The translations under genes were made by a program, and so were the position numbers. Source: Heterodontus francisci (Eukaryota). From it: a DNA stretch of 64,000 nucleotides. The stretch lies in the NCBI RefSeq assembly GCF_036365525.1, contig NC_090413.1:15422151-15486150 (forward strand), given 5' to 3'. The notes under the pieces were generated by a model. That model worked only from the letters and a program-made list of their open reading frames with translations, was not told the DNA's origin and did no database searches. Positions 63,624 through 64,000 of this stretch are shown here, in pieces; positions within the stretch are counted from its first letter, which is position 1; every line of letters begins with the position of its first letter.

Positions 63624-64000
63624 AAAGAAACTCTTTATTTATATTTACATTCTATTTACACTCTCCATTTGGATCTCTGGTTATCACTTTTCATGGTGCT
63701 TCTAGCTCCTTCCAAGCCTCCTGCCCATGTGACTATAATCACGATCATGGGAGGGGTTACTCTCACTGTCTCAAACATTAACCCTTTCAGGCCCTGATAC
63801 TAGAATCTTCACTGAGCTTTTGCTCCCTGACAACAAACAATCCCAGACTCAACGCACTCTCCTCACAGCTCAAAGGCCTCATGCTCTATTGGCTTGGCTG
63901 CTTTTTTCTGCACTACCTTGAATCCATCCCTGAATCTACATTTTACAATACCGTGACCAGAATTGTACCTAGTACGCCAGGTGTGGCCATAACCAGCGCC

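Overview
This is eukaryotic, repeat-dominated intronic or intergenic DNA, most likely from a cartilaginous fish (HE1-type V-SINEs with their HER1/CR1 partner LINE, Deu-type SINEs). No host protein-coding exon can be called with confidence, and every recognisable ORF in the track is a decayed transposon fragment. Elements present: CR1/HER1 and L2 LINEs, three or four SINE families, a gag-only Gypsy-like LTR element with a tRNA-Leu PBS, two solo LTRs, Harbinger transposase remnants with matching MITEs (3-bp TSDs), two Penelope-like families carrying minimal hammerhead ribozymes, and several satellites. Many insertions are nested. The most unusual item is a TSD-flanked, ORF1-less APE-RT LINE (3013-7472) that starts with a tRNA-derived SINE head and has no TTTT run in about 3.1 kb of its own sense strand, suggesting a LINE adapted to RNA polymerase III transcription. 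Also notable are a 154-bp hairpin made of two inverted hammerhead-bearing Penelope ends (23950-24103) and a ~550-bp-arm inverted duplication (71-1931). Family names come from recalled consensus features, not database searches. Boundaries of degenerate fragments are approximate.
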